A stretch of 64,000 nt of DNA, from the NCBI GenBank assembly GCA_044892525.1, contig CM097886.1, forward strand, positions 15,004,001-15,068,000, given 5' to 3'. A program made the translations under genes and the position numbers. The DNA comes from Schmidtea polychroa. Taxonomy: Eukaryota. Position 1 is the first letter of the stretch; the number at the start of each line of letters is the position of its first letter. The notes under the pieces were generated by a model. It did no database searches. It saw only the letters and a program-made list of their open reading frames with translations, and was not told the origin of the DNA. Below, piece after piece: positions 12,133 through 25,601 of this stretch.

Positions 12133-15100
12133 TTAGTTATCAATGTAAAGGCTAGAACTAGAAATAATTCCTCTAAAAATACATTCTTGAGTTTGTTGAA
12201 ATAAAACTGCTGTTTCAAAATCTAGCATGACCTTTGCTGCAGATTCACAATTTCGAAGTAGTTCGTGAAGTCTTTGTAAACATCTAACAATGTCTCCACA
12301 TTGCGTATCTGTCACTTTTACAATGTCCGAAAACTTTGCCCCTGATGCCCACATTCGTATTGATTCTGCTAGACCGCAATTTATCTGAATTTCATGGCCA
12401 ATTATATTAAACTTTTCTTGAGATTTGTTTAGCTTAAAAATTAATAAATATTTTAAGATCAATACAAATAAGTTTTTACTTCGGCTACAATTTTAAAAAT
12501 TTCAATCATAATTTTTTGTAAAGATGGAGGGTTCTCTTTAAAATTGAATTCAGATGTTTGATTATTATTAGATTTCCCTTCAAATATTATGCATGCTAAT
12601 GATGCTGCAATGTCACATGGTAATGCATTTTGGAATATTCCCGACAGAATTATTTCCGTCACAACAACTTCATATGTTTCAATTTCACAAGCAATTCTAC
12701 CTTTTAATTTAATTGTGTCTGCTTTTGGATGTATAAAATTAAATTCCTTTAAAAAGGCTACTTTATTTCTATATTCAGGTAAAAATGCTAGGTTTTCATC
12801 TGATAGATTTTTTTGTAACTTATCAATTGTTACTGTCGTTTTTTCAATGACATCAACTTGTTTGATATGACTATTTAATGATTGGCACTTGGCACTTGGG
12901 TGAAGTAATAATGTACTCTGGGAACTTTCATAAGAAATGTATGTTTGAATAAGAGATTTCAAATGAGAATCCTAAAGAAAAAAAGATAACTGTAGGTTAA
13001 AATAACCGTTTAACTAACCTTTATATTGAGTTCTTTTTCATAGTTAGCCATTTCAATGGATTTACAAACATTGTCACAAATAGAGAGCATAGCATTTTTC
13101 ATTTCAAGATTACCCTCTATCCACTGTGACCAACTAGTCCTACGAAAAAATCTTGTCATCCAATATTTCTCTAAATTTTGTACATTGATTTTTATTTTCG
13201 TATTACATATTTTTTTAATATCATTAAGCGTGACTGTAAGAATTTTTGGATAGACATCATGTATCTACAGAAGGTTTGTGATTATTAATCAGAGTTCAAT
13301 GAAAAAATGATAACCTTTCTACGTTCCTCTTTATCATCAGGTCGTATTGGAACCAAAAGATCATCTTTTAGTGATTCATTTTCATCTTTTTTGTTTTCAT
13401 TAATCAATAGATCATATGTAAGGATTTTGATTTTGAATTTATTATTGTCCGTTGTCTGGTGAATAATACTTAATATGATTGAAGGTATCAAATATCTTCT
13501 TTGACTATCGATACCTGATACACCAGATGAATCGAGAATAACTATTCGACCAGGAATTAAAAAATTTTGAATTTCTTTTTTATTTTCGATTATTTGATTA
13601 ATATTTTTTCGTATTAATCGATACTCTATGCTTTTCTAAAAGGGTAATCAAGTCAGAGTTGATGTTCGAATTGAGAATTGGGATACCTGATGGTACAACA
13701 TCACATCCTCAATTTGACAATCATTGGTAGTGCATTGTAAACCAGTACCGTTGAACAATTTTAATTGATCTGACAATCTTTGATATTCTTGGCAGTTGTT
13801 GTCATATTTTTTCAATCTGTCAGCTTCAATAAAACTCTGTCTAATCATGTTCTAAATGATAATTGTTAAAATATTTCAAACATTTAGTCGAAAACCTGAA
13901 TATTAAATTGTTTGTTTCTATATAGACTTAAAATCATGTTATATGAAATTTTGAATTTAGATTCCAACTGTCCAACAGATCCTATTAGAGTTTTTTTCAA
14001 CTCGTCTTGGGAATATATAATTGTTCCAGGTTTGATTATAATTATAACATTTCCAATTTTGTCAAGACCTCGCCTGCCTGCTCTACCAGCCATTTGTGTA
14101 AATTCTCCTGCTAGCAGGAGTCGTTTCTTTAAACCATCGTGTTTTTGAATGCTATCAAAGACAACCGATTTAGCTGGCATATTCACTCCTACTGCAAAAG
14201 TTTCGGTTGCGAATAAAATTTTGACATACCCTTGGGAGAAAAGTATCTCTACTATCTTTAATAAATTTATTTATCAATAACCTTTTTAAAAGAAATTAAT
14301 TTGTACTTCTTTTAATATTGGAAGTAATCCTGCATGATGCATACCAAGACCTCTCATGAGCATTTCTTGCATCTCGATAACTTGAGGCAATTTTTTATCT
14401 GATGGATTGTGCATTTTTTTGTTAATTATTTCTTTGAAATACCTTTTCACATTATTTTTTTCAGCTAATATATTATTTTATTTCCATTAACTATAGTAAT
14501 AAATTTACTTTCATTTAAGAGATTAAGAGATTTCAAATCATTAGCTGTACCTTGAATTCTGTTTCGTGAAAATAGAAAACAAATTACGGGCAAGTTATCC
14601 GCTTCTTTTAATAGCTCAAACAAGGCCAACCACTGGTTATGATCTTTATTTGCAGAATTGCAAAATCCAGTTTGTTTAAGTTTCAATTCTAAATTGAATA
14701 AATGATAATACAAAAAGCAATTTATTTCATAGCTTACCGGGATTTTGATATTTAGGTTGTTTTGAAGAAGATTTCACTATTTTATTTGGTTGTTGATTTG
14801 AATTTGATGGTTTTGATTGAAATTTCTTCATAGATTTTTCATTATTCATTTTAATTGCTTCTTCGGCTTGTTCATAACCTGTTATTATTTGTTCAATATC
14901 AATATAAGTAACCACTTCTAAAATTTTACCTTTGATTAAGAAATTTTTGTTGTTATCCATCACTCGAAACAATTGATCTCTGTTGTATCGGCCAGTTCCG
15001 GTAAATAAATACATTTCTAGTGGTACCGGTCTTTTGGTGGTGCTGATAATTTGAATTTGTGTATCGCGTATTCTACCAAGCCATTCTGCAAATTCCATCG

Positions 15101-16221
15101 TGTTTGGAACTGTTGCGCTTAACATTACCAATTGAATTCTCTTCGGTAAAAGGATCATGATTTGTTCCCAAATATGACCACGGGAATCATCATTCAAATA
15201 ATGGACCTGTAGTTATTAGGTTGAAAGGAAAATGACAAATTAAATGTTTACTTCATCCATTATGACTACTTCCAAGTCTTGGATGGTGGGACAGCTATTC
15301 TTCAGCATGTTGTGAAGAATTTCTGTTGTCATAACAAGGATATATCGATTAGAACCTGTTTTTATATCGCCAGTTAGCAATCCAACATTTTCATTGCCGA
15401 AAGTAACTCTAAATTACTTAAATTAATGAAAGACAATATTATAATGTACTTAAATTCACGATATTTCTGATTTGAAAGTGCTTTAATTGGGCTAGTATAA
15501 ATAACACGAGCACCCCTGTTATGACACATGGCGATTGCATATTCGGCCACAACAGTTTTACCCGCTGACGTGTGAGCAGCCACAAATACTGATTTAGAAT
15601 CCTCCAAAGCTAGAATCGCTTTTTTTTGAAACATGTCCAACTCAAATGACCATTCCCATGCAGGATTAGGAATAAGCTCTTTAAAAGATTTACATGGCTC
15701 GTTTAAAATTACCTAAAATATGATTAACTTGCAATCTTTTAGAAAGATTAAATTCACTTGACGTGCGTAAGGTTTGTCCATATCTCTCTTGAATAGTTTT
15801 AAGTGATAGTTAGATTCCAAGTGTAACTCTAAATTTTCATTTATTTCTTTTTTTGGAATTTCATTCGAGTTCTTCAATATGAACTCATTAAAAGCTCCTG
15901 TGGGAATGCCTTGATTCATAAAATCGGGATTAGTAAGATATGGTAACTGAACAAAATTATTCGATAAATTTGTGGAATTTATTTAAAATCAATTAGAATT
16001 CTTCAATGGGTAATAAAATTTATTTAAATTAATAATTTTTTCACCTTTTCTATGATATTTGAATTGTTTATATCATTTTGTAAGAATAACGGTTGAATTT
16101 TCACTCTTGGGAATTTTAAGGACACAATGCTTGTATCTTGGAAGTTAAATTTTATCGTATTTGTATAGAATAATGACTTAATAGAGTCCAAGTTTAAGGG
16201 ATTGCAATATTGATTGAGCAT
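12133..16221 (-). CDS. SKI2: Superkiller RNA helicase SKI2/SKIV2L (DExH), multi-exon host gene
   Basis: Spliced translation gives [116 protein letters not shown] and [10 protein letters not shown]...SLY. Frame-preserving GT-AG introns: 15713-15757, 15409-15449, 15207-15251, 14879-14929, 14689-14737, 14465-14508, 14256-14306, 13852-13895, 13636-13686, 13265-13314, 12972-13018, 12433-12479. The first intron is unresolved (possibly 15947-16044). The long N-terminus and VFVAAH motif favour Ski2 over Mtr4. Confidence 0.92.
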
Positions 16222-17167
16222 AATTTCTATTTAATATATTAGCAGAAGATGAATATTTAAAATAATTTTTGAAATTAAATAGTTAACATAGAATGTCATT
16301 TGTAATATTAAATATTTAAACAAGTTAAATTTCAATAAATTCACTGAAGTCTTAAAATTCGGTACTAAATCAACCAATAGAAATAGAAAATTTTAAGGTT
16401 TAATTAAAGTCTCTAAAATAATAAACAATATTAACTATTCATGTTCGAAAATTTGTAAATGTACAGCCAAAGTTACAGATAACGAGTCTCACTCGTTGTC
16501 TATATAAAATAAATGTATTCATCATAAAATAACAGTAAAATTAAATAATTTCCATATGTTAAAAATGTTCAAATACATCGGAGCCCAAGGGGTTAACTAT
16601 ATTTTTGATGAATTTTGGTTTAAATGAAAAAATTAATTGCAAGAAATTAAGAATATTTAGATATCAGCAATTATTATATAAAAATTAGTCGCAGAGACAT
16701 TCAGTTCTAAAAAAAATTGTAAAGCAAAAACTATCCTAAAATATCCTAAAAAAATTTTTATATGCAAACTAGTTTCTTGTTAGGTGATTTAAATATGAAG
16801 AATTCTGACAAAATTATAATTAAAGGTGAAAAGCATATGAAATTAAAATTGTTACAACGTAAAATTAATGAAAGACTCAATGTTACCTATGATGTATCTG
16901 AGAATAAAAAATACTTGACTTTTTATATCAGGTCGTCCTAAAAGTGACTTTTTTTTATGGACCTGAATTTTTAAAACATATACAATTTATTGTGAACATT
17001 TAAATAAGATTTTCTTTAAAATATTATGATATGTATACTTTTCTGTTCAATTTTATTTTTCTAAAAAGTCTTAGCAGCTAGTTCTTAAGTATAATTATCT
17101 CGTTTTCTGATTATATATATTGAAGTTGGTGAACCTCTTATTTATTTAAGATTATAATGAAGAAATT

Positions 17168-17741
17168 GGTAGCCGACGAGTTTTTTGAAAACGAGTTTAT
17201 CGAAAACGAGTTTATCGAAAGCGAGTTTATCGAAAAATATTATTTTTAAGGAATTAAAAATTTTTAAATTTTTTCTTTATATGCAGAAACTTAAAATGTG
17301 TTTATAATAGCATTTGTTGCAAAAAATTCGTTTTAGGTAAAAATATATTGAAAAAGGGTTAATGCAAAAAATACTGAAATAATGAGGTTTAAGATAAAAA
17401 ACACTGAAAATTTTTCCTAAGAATAACCTGCAACGGGTTTTCCGCAGGTTTTCATTAATTGTGGGAAATTCCCTTCATTTATGCATTTTTTGATTTTGTG
17501 TTAATAAGAAAGGGTTTTTATATTTTTGAATTTAATATATATTCAGTTATCAAGTAGTGCGGTTATTAGTGATAATAATTTAAATATTTAAAAAATTAAT
17601 TTGAAAATGGATTTATTAGTGAAAAAGGAAAACAGAAAAAAAATTGATAAACTCGTCATTCGATCAATTGATCATTCGATAAACTCGCTTTCGATAAACT
17701 CGCTTTCGATAAAATCGTTTTCGATAAACTTACCGGGAATC
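17168..17741. mobile_element. MITE/foldback-like element with inverted arrays of a 15-bp subunit
   Basis: AAA(A/G)CGAGTTTATCG x3 at about 17188-17235 and its reverse complement x4-5 at about 17645-17730. Candidate 8-bp TSD AAGAAATT at 17160-17167 and 17742-17749. Non-coding. Confidence 0.55.
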
Positions 17742-17840
17742 AAGAAATTATACACAAATCCTTTAAGATGAGGGTTCATTACAATTAACAAATATAATAT
17801 ATTAAATAATAACAATTAAAATCTGTAACAACTATACTTG

Positions 17841-20360
17841 TGTTGGGCTAGATCCCGTGATAACCTAAATTTTCTATAAAATTGAACTTGCTATAAAATA
17901 ATTAAATGAAATCCTGTATTAACATATAAATTGGGGTAGTCAGCCAAATATAAAGAAAAATAAAGAATAAGAGAGAAAAATAATAGAATAAAACAAACGT
18001 TAAAAACAAAAAGCACTTAAATAAAATAAATAATAAATAAGTCGCAAACAGAAAAAAATCCAAATAGAAATAATTAGAGAGAATAAAAATAAATTTCAGA
18101 AAAACAAATTAATAAGGAAGCAAATAATAGTCAACAAAAACAATAAATAAAAACAAGGAAAGAATAAAAAACCAAGTTACAAGCAGAACGACCATCAGGA
18201 TCCAACAAAGGCAGGAGAAAATAAGAAAATTAAATTATTTAATAAATTATCAAATAAAGAGATAAATAACCTAGAAAAAAGAGTTAAAAAGAATAAAAAT
18301 AAGAAAAAAGAACTTCACACAATAACTGAATCCTGATTGGACGAAAATTACTAAATAAGGAAAGCACTTGACTGATTCCCACAATTCTAAAACTTTTCAA
18401 ACAGGTTGATCATTTGGGAACTAATTCAGCACCGATTGTATCAATTCATTTCAGTACTCGATTTTTGTATCACTGTATCGCCATAACTTTTCAGCATCGA
18501 ACAAGGACGAAAAATGTAAATTTGGTATATTGTTTAATTTTTATATACAAGTATTATCATACGTAGTTTATTTTGATAAAAATATTAATCTAATGCAAAA
18601 GTCTCTTTTCTCTTCACTGTAAAAATTATTGATTTATATTTATTAAAAATGATGTTGCGATTCAGCGATGACACCGTTCGATGATTATGTCCAAACAAGG
18701 ATGACTAGAATGTAAAAAGCCGAACAAGAATAAATGAAAAGAATAGTGGGAATTCGTGAGAACAATTTGAATTCCGCCAGAGAAGGGAAAAGATAGATAT
18801 ACAGATGCGGGAGAGAAATTCGGAAGGATATTAGAATATACCTCAACATATTGAATTAAATGCTCGATGCCAATTGGAAATAGAAGGCAAGGGACATTGA
18901 TATTGGCGGGATTTTGAGGTTGTGATTCGACAATTGAGAAAATTACTCTGAGAATTCAATGAGTTAGGAATGTGATTCATGAGCTGCGACCATTTGGGAA
19001 TGGAATTAGTTGAGGGAAGCGAGCATGAAATGTACGGTTAGACTGAACGGAAGTGCTAACGAAGGAGGTGTTAATTGTTATTGAGGTACGAAGAACTGAT
19101 AGGTATGATTTCCGTCCTGAGAGGGGTGTGATCGCTGGAATCGAGATTTTATTTATTATAATTTGTTTTATTTTAATTATTTATACATAAAATGTGATAT
19201 CACCCGATCGGGATGGTCGTTTGGGGATTGCTGACACTTGTGTCGGTAGTAACCAGATGATTCTCACAGATGGCGATGGCGGAGTCACGACATTGATTTG
19301 AGAGCGGCAAAGTTATGCATCGGAGTTGATTTTCAGCGAGCAGCAGTTCCCCATGGTAGTAATGAATTCGGGTCGGAGAATATGAGAGCCAGAGTGTTCT
19401 ATATTTCCACCATGATTACGACGATATAATTCCATTAGTACTGAGGTGACAAAACCACGATCACGCTTGATTTCTGTCGACAACACTTATTCGAATCTAC
19501 TTCTTCGCGAGAAAAATTCAACACTATCATCATTGAATGCCACTTCCTTGTACTCGACTTACTCCGTTCCGACCAATCGATTGTCCTCGACGACATGATA
19601 AAATCAACAATCGCTATATCACCACTGTGGCGGAATAAACATTGTAATCGTTATTTGCGACGATCATTTTGCATCTCCTTGAGGTAGAAATCGGTAGAGC
19701 ATCCGGTCGTCACTAGAACTATGTATAGGACTTCATTAAAATCCATCCTGTCAGTTTTGTAGGATCTCCACTTCCCACCATCGTAAATGTTTATAAACAG
19801 GAAATTTGACATCATCTAGAGAGAACCGACAAATATAAACAATTAAATTGAAATCGCGATGGATTATAGTTAATTAGTCGGAGCCGAGGATAAACATATG
19901 AAAAACGTTTACTTTGAACTAATCGCAGATCCAATCTGATTATCTATTTGTTAAGAGATCCACTACTGATGCAGTGCAAGTCAATTCGTAAACTAAATAT
20001 ATAACTTCATAAGACCGATAAGTGAATTGACCGAATTAGTCGATGTCAAGTTCATAATTAAAAATTCTTAGTAATATAAATCGGGAGAAGAAAAGATAGT
20101 TCTAAAGATAAATGTTATAAGGTAATGATTATACAGTATCAAGCGGGAGGAACCGCTCGAAATCGTGTTATCCGCCACTCATTTTGCTTAACTTTGTATT
20201 AATTAATTCTCGGCCAAGTATTGATTAGGAAAATGATTCTCGCTATGAGTGAATTCTATTGTCATGGGTACACATAAGGGAGATCATTGTCAAGTCATAC
20301 TGGATGTTTAGGAGAAAGTCCATCATGGAACAAATAACATCACCCCCTAAGCGCCCAACA
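17841..20360 (+). mobile_element. TGTTGGGC...GCCCAACA insertion E1 (2520 bp), solo-LTR-like or non-autonomous
   Basis: 8-bp terminal inverted repeat TGTTGGGC and perfect 4-bp TSD CTTG (17837-17840 and 20361-20364). A-rich tract at about 17950-18330, then GC-richer decayed-ORF-like sequence. Confidence 0.75.
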
Positions 20361-23229
20361 CTTGAAACTTCGTAATTATTAAAACAGAACAATGGAAGTT
20401 ATTCAAACATTTTTTCAAAAATTATTAATCAAAATTACTGCTTTATTTGTTAAAATAATAACCAACTCGTTTCTCGAATATTTGGAAGTCATAAAATCTC
20501 ACAGATCTGAGAATCATAATATATGAATGGGTATTTTACATGCTGTAGAACCAATTAATTTTCGGATTCTATTTTATATTTCTTGGTATAATTTGTTAAA
20601 ACAAATAATAAATTCTTAACGCAACCTGAGACGTTTCTTTCAACTCATATATACTTCCCAGTACTAGCTTAGGCAATTTCCAAATAATTTTTAGTCTCTT
20701 TTGCATCTAAATTCGCATATCCTTTACCTTCTATTGACACCTAAATTATGAAGTGGGGTTGTTTCGGTTCCTCTTTGAACATGACGCTTTGAACGCAACA
20801 TATTTAGTAATATGGATCGTCACATCACAACCATTTCATATTTTTTCATATTGAGCAGACACCAAAACAAAAGTCTTTAAAATCGATATAGCTCAATTAG
20901 GAATTTACACGAAATACTTTAAACATGGATAAAATTCTAATATGGTTACATTTGATAATTTTAGTTGAATCAAATGTCATTGGGCTCTTGGGATAGTATG
21001 AGTTCAATTGTATACGAATACCTTTAATCTGATTTGCACCTTGTTTTTGAATAAATTTATTATTATTGATGTTAAATGCTGACAAACTAGCTTTAAAATG
21101 TATGATATAACTTTTTATGAACTTTTTTATAAACTTAATATAACTTAATAAACTCTTGTGAATTATTTATGAAGCCTAGTAGTTGTCTCAAAAATCTCTT
21201 GTGGTTATTAGTTTTTATTCATTTTTCATTTGCGGGCTTTAAGCCCGAGTTGATATACGCGTAAAAAACCAGGTGGTTCCAAATCCCAATTTTACATCTA
21301 TTTATAACATAAATGATAATCACATTTAACAGCATAGACAAATAAGAATAAAAAATTACCTATCGTGTTAAAACCACTTCAAATACTTATTTCAAAATTT
21401 ATATTTTTTGCAATTAGGTTCACTTAAAAAATTGATAGATTATTATAGAATTGATAGATTATAACTAAACATTTAAAAAAATCGTTAAAGTTTTTCAGCT
21501 TTAATCTACAAGTATCAATTTTCTTTATTTCCATTTCAGACTATAGATCAATATTTTTTTTTATTTAATACGAATACCAGTCTTATTTTCATATAAAAAT
21601 ATTAATTTAGATTTGTGATTTCATTATCTAAAAATAACAAGTCAAATTGATTATTGAATTATTTATTCTACGCTCATCAATTATGAGAGCTAAAAATACC
21701 ATAACGTACCAATTAAATTACAATTACACTGATTATTGTTTTTGATATAATAGCTGATATTACACTGTAACTTCATTAGGCTTCAAACACTACATCGATT
21801 ATTTTGCTGATCACTTCAAACATTTTTTTCTTGATTGTGTAAAATTGTAGCACATCTTCATATTAAAGATATTGAAAAACATTTCATTTAATAAAATATT
21901 ATAAATTTGAAAGTTTATTTGCATTATTGGGTTTTGTGGATTTTTAAAATAATGGCTATCATTTGCAATAGAAATATGAAATCCTAATTGAAGGTATTAA
22001 TGTTGATAACTGGCATATCATTTACCTCCAATTCAAAGGTTTGATTAAATGTCCAAGTTAGATTGAGAATATTAACATTATATTTTATATTTTTAACAAA
22101 TTATTTCTAATACTAAATTTTGAAAGAATACTTCAAATTACTTTAATTCAGTAAATATGATATTTATACAGTAAATATTTGATAAATGTAAATTTGTTAA
22201 AATGTCAATATCATTAAATTTACCAAATTTAATAAAAATATGTTAAACGTCCAAGGAATCAAATTTAATGCGAAAGCACTCACTTTACAAAAGAATACAT
22301 TTTAAATTTCAAAGAATTCGTTTAACGGCTAATTTAGCAATAATTTCTTTTAAAATTAGTAGTTATAAATACTTTTTTGTAGATTAAGGTAGATTATTTG
22401 AACACATACTATTTGTAAATATCATTTTGAAGTCTTTATAACATTTCTAATAGTGTTTAGTTTACGACTTTCTTATGCCGTTGATTTTGTCTAAATGTTG
22501 CTAAATTTGTAAATATATTTTATTACGATACGTTACTATAAGTTGCGTTTATCGAGAATTATGAATTAATAAAAGTTAAATTTATCGGAGCTGTATTTAT
22601 CAGGGAGTTGTATTTAACAAAGTTTCATTTATCAAGCATTAATTAAGTTAATTTAAATAAATGAATATTGTAAAATATTGATATACTTATTGAATTTATT
22701 GAAAATATTGATGGTTGAGTTCATTAGTTTGCCAACATTTAGTACAAAGTTATCGAAAGCATAAAGCTGCAATGAAAATGACACATGATATTGACAAAAG
22801 AAGTTGGCAGAAGAACTGCTTTTGACAGAAGATACATTTTTATTCTCAATAGTAACGAATTAAGATTTATTCCATATACTGCTGAGTCAAGGCTAAAATT
22901 GGAGATTGAAGAGGCTGATTTAAAGCAGATAAGAAAGGAAACGGAAATCTACTGAAGGAAAATGGTACTATGACTTTACCGATAATAAGGCAATTGGAAT
23001 TAGTGATGAAATTAGATGCTGTGATTAGATATCGCTGAGATACAAAGACTATTGAAATATAAAAACGAAAATAAAAATTAAAAATCAACAAAGTTTTAAT
23101 TGTATGTATTAACAGATTAACGATCTCACCCGAGTATACTCGGGCAATAAAAAAAGAAAATTTGATATACCTAAAAAATACTCGAGCAAAATGCATATTA
23201 AATATAATGGAGTTCTGTGCTGTCCGTTT

Positions 23230-24219
23230 TGTTGAGGATACCTAAATAATAATTTATAAAGAAATAAATAAAATTACCTGGGGGAAGATCACCATGACAA
23301 ACGGGACGATCTATAGAAACTCAGAAAAGAAAACGGAAGTGAAAAGAAATTAAAAATGAGAAAGAGAAAGGAAATAAAAGTTATGAAACAGGAAAATAAA
23401 AATCAAGGTCAGTACTAATTAATTAGTACAAAAAGGAAAAGGAATTTTGAAATCGGGAATAAGGAAAACAACAATATCTTTATCTCGACAGCTTACCAGT
23501 GATAATATTATTGATGGGAGAAGGCGGTAGAACAAAAAAGGGAAAGGGAAAAACAACTTGACAGCTGTCAGAGATAAAAATGGGACAGTCGAGGAAAGCA
23601 GGAGAAGGAAAATGGAAAAACACTTGATTATCTGGAGTGCCACAAGAGAAGCGAACTATATAAGGGAAAACTTGTGAACATGAAAAGACAACAAAATTAG
23701 AAGAAAAATTAGAGACAAAGTGACGCGAAATTGAAAACGATTTGGAAGACGATTTGAGAGATAAAATTATTGGAGAAAATTAGACGTTGGACGAAACGTT
23801 GTCGGACAAACGATTGCCAAAATAATTGTAAGGAAATAATTGTGGAAAATAATTATTGGAAAAGAATTGAAGAAAGAATTAGTTGAAAAATAAAACGAAA
23901 GAAGTTATTTGATTATTTGAATAAAGTTGTGAAGGAAGTCGAAGAAAACAACCAGCTCAAAATTCCAGTTTATAAACCAATCAGTAATTTGTAGTCTTTT
24001 AATCCGGTGTTATACACAAGTGCGATTCCTCACCGAGTGTTGTAATAAGCATTGTATAGTCACCAAGCAGAGTGTTGAATCTATTGCCAGTGTAAAGAGA
24101 AAGATTATTTGTGATTATCAATAAAGATTTCTGTTGTCAAGTGTTATTTGTGAATCGTATAAAGACACGCTTGGAGTCAGAGTAACATTAAATTTTATCA
24201 CCAACTCAATAACCCAACA
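23230..24219 (+). mobile_element. TGTTG...CCCAACA insertion E5 (990 bp), probable solo LTR
   Basis: Ends TGTTGAGG / ACCCAACA with 4-bp TSD GTTT (23226-23229 and 24220-24223). A/G-rich 5' part, AATAAA near 23918 and 24121, no ORF. Confidence 0.72.
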
Positions 24220-24399
24220 GTTTCATTTTGTTTCCACCAGAATATACTCGTTTACAGTTTATATACGCCCAGAAAAAATTTCAGCCAAGTTGCCATATTT
24301 TATTATTTTTTCAAAATGTAATACTCGGGCATTCCATTGAGAAATTCAGTTGTCAAAAAATTATTTGTTGAAAAGAATCATCCGAAATTGGTTCCTGAA

Positions 24400-25601
24400 C
24401 AATTCTTTGTATATGACACAATCATGAAGTAATTAGAAATCAAAGCGTGTATTTAACTTCATAGATGCTCCCGGAGGTGCAGGAAAAACTTCTCTCATTT
24501 CAATCATTTTGGCAACCATACGATCACAGAATAAAATTGCATTGGCAATTGAATCATCTGGAATTGCCGCAACACTTTTAGATGGAGGTCTCATTTTATT
24601 ATCTAATGATTTTCATCAAACTGCCAGTTATTCCACGTTCAACATAGGCTAATGAAATTAATGACTGTCTCAAATTATCAGTTTTATGGAAAAATGTAAA
24701 GATTTTACTTTTGTAAACCAATATGCTTGTTCAACTACAAAATGATGCATCTGCCCAACGTTTCGCAAAACAATTGCTGGATATTGGGAAGATTGCAATC
24801 GACAGATCTACACAATGTATCATATCGCCAGGAAAATTTTGTAAGATGATGTCAACTAAAGACGAATTGATTCAAAACGTTTTTCCAAATGTTACTCGAA
24901 ATTACAAAATTTTTGGTGGCTCAGTGCACGTGCTATACAATGATGTGAATGCCATCAATTTTAAAATTCAAAATGGAATACCAGGCGAAGCGACAACATC
25001 GATACCGAGATGAATCAAGACGAAATTGACAATTACCCAACGGAATTCTTGAATTCACTGGATTTGCCAGGTATTCCACCGCACATTTTAATATTGAAAA
25101 TTGGAGTGCCTATTATTCTTCTCCGAAACATCAATCCACCACAACTTTGTAACGGTACGAAACTTTAGGTAAAAAAAATTATGAAAAATGTCATCGAAGC
25201 CACAATTTTGAATGGTAGATTTAAGGGTGAAGATGAACTGTTACCACATATTTCAATGGTCCCAACACATATGCCATTTGAATTTAAACGTTTACAGTTT
25301 CCGGTCCGACTCGCTTTCGTATGATCGTAAACAAAGCACAAGGAAAATCGCTGCAAATATGTGGAATAGATTTGGATAATCCGTGCTTCTCGCATGGAAT
25401 ACTGTAAGTGACCACATCACGTATGAGAAAACATTCCAATTTATTCGTATACACACCAGACAAAAAACAAAAATTATTGTATATCCGAAAGTAACTCGAA
25501 TAAATAAATAGATTGTATTAAAATGAATAAATAAAATTCCATTTGTTGTTTTAATTTTTGTGTACTCGGATTTCCTTTCTTTTGAGATCGCAGTAAGCTA
25601 G
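24400..25601 (+). mobile_element. Helitron 3' remnant (PIF1-like helicase pseudogene)
   Basis: [66 protein letters not shown] and NKAQGKSL, with stops and deletions. Probable CTAG 3' end at 25598-25601 followed by T. Confidence 0.9.

Noticed and set aside
12133-16221. Functional link between SKI2 (RNA surveillance) and the surrounding TE load
   Set aside because: Proximity alone is not evidence in a TE-rich eukaryotic genome.
17188-17730. CRISPR-like arrays (also 36856-36945 and 4040-4135)
   Set aside because: The units are contiguous without unique spacers, there are no cas genes, and the context is eukaryotic.
18650-19800. Alternative genetic code or APE endonuclease in E1 (TGA-rich frames; minus-strand SSDHTP)
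   Set aside because: SKI2 and the intact transposases use the standard code. No GDFN or other APE motif accompanies SDH.P.
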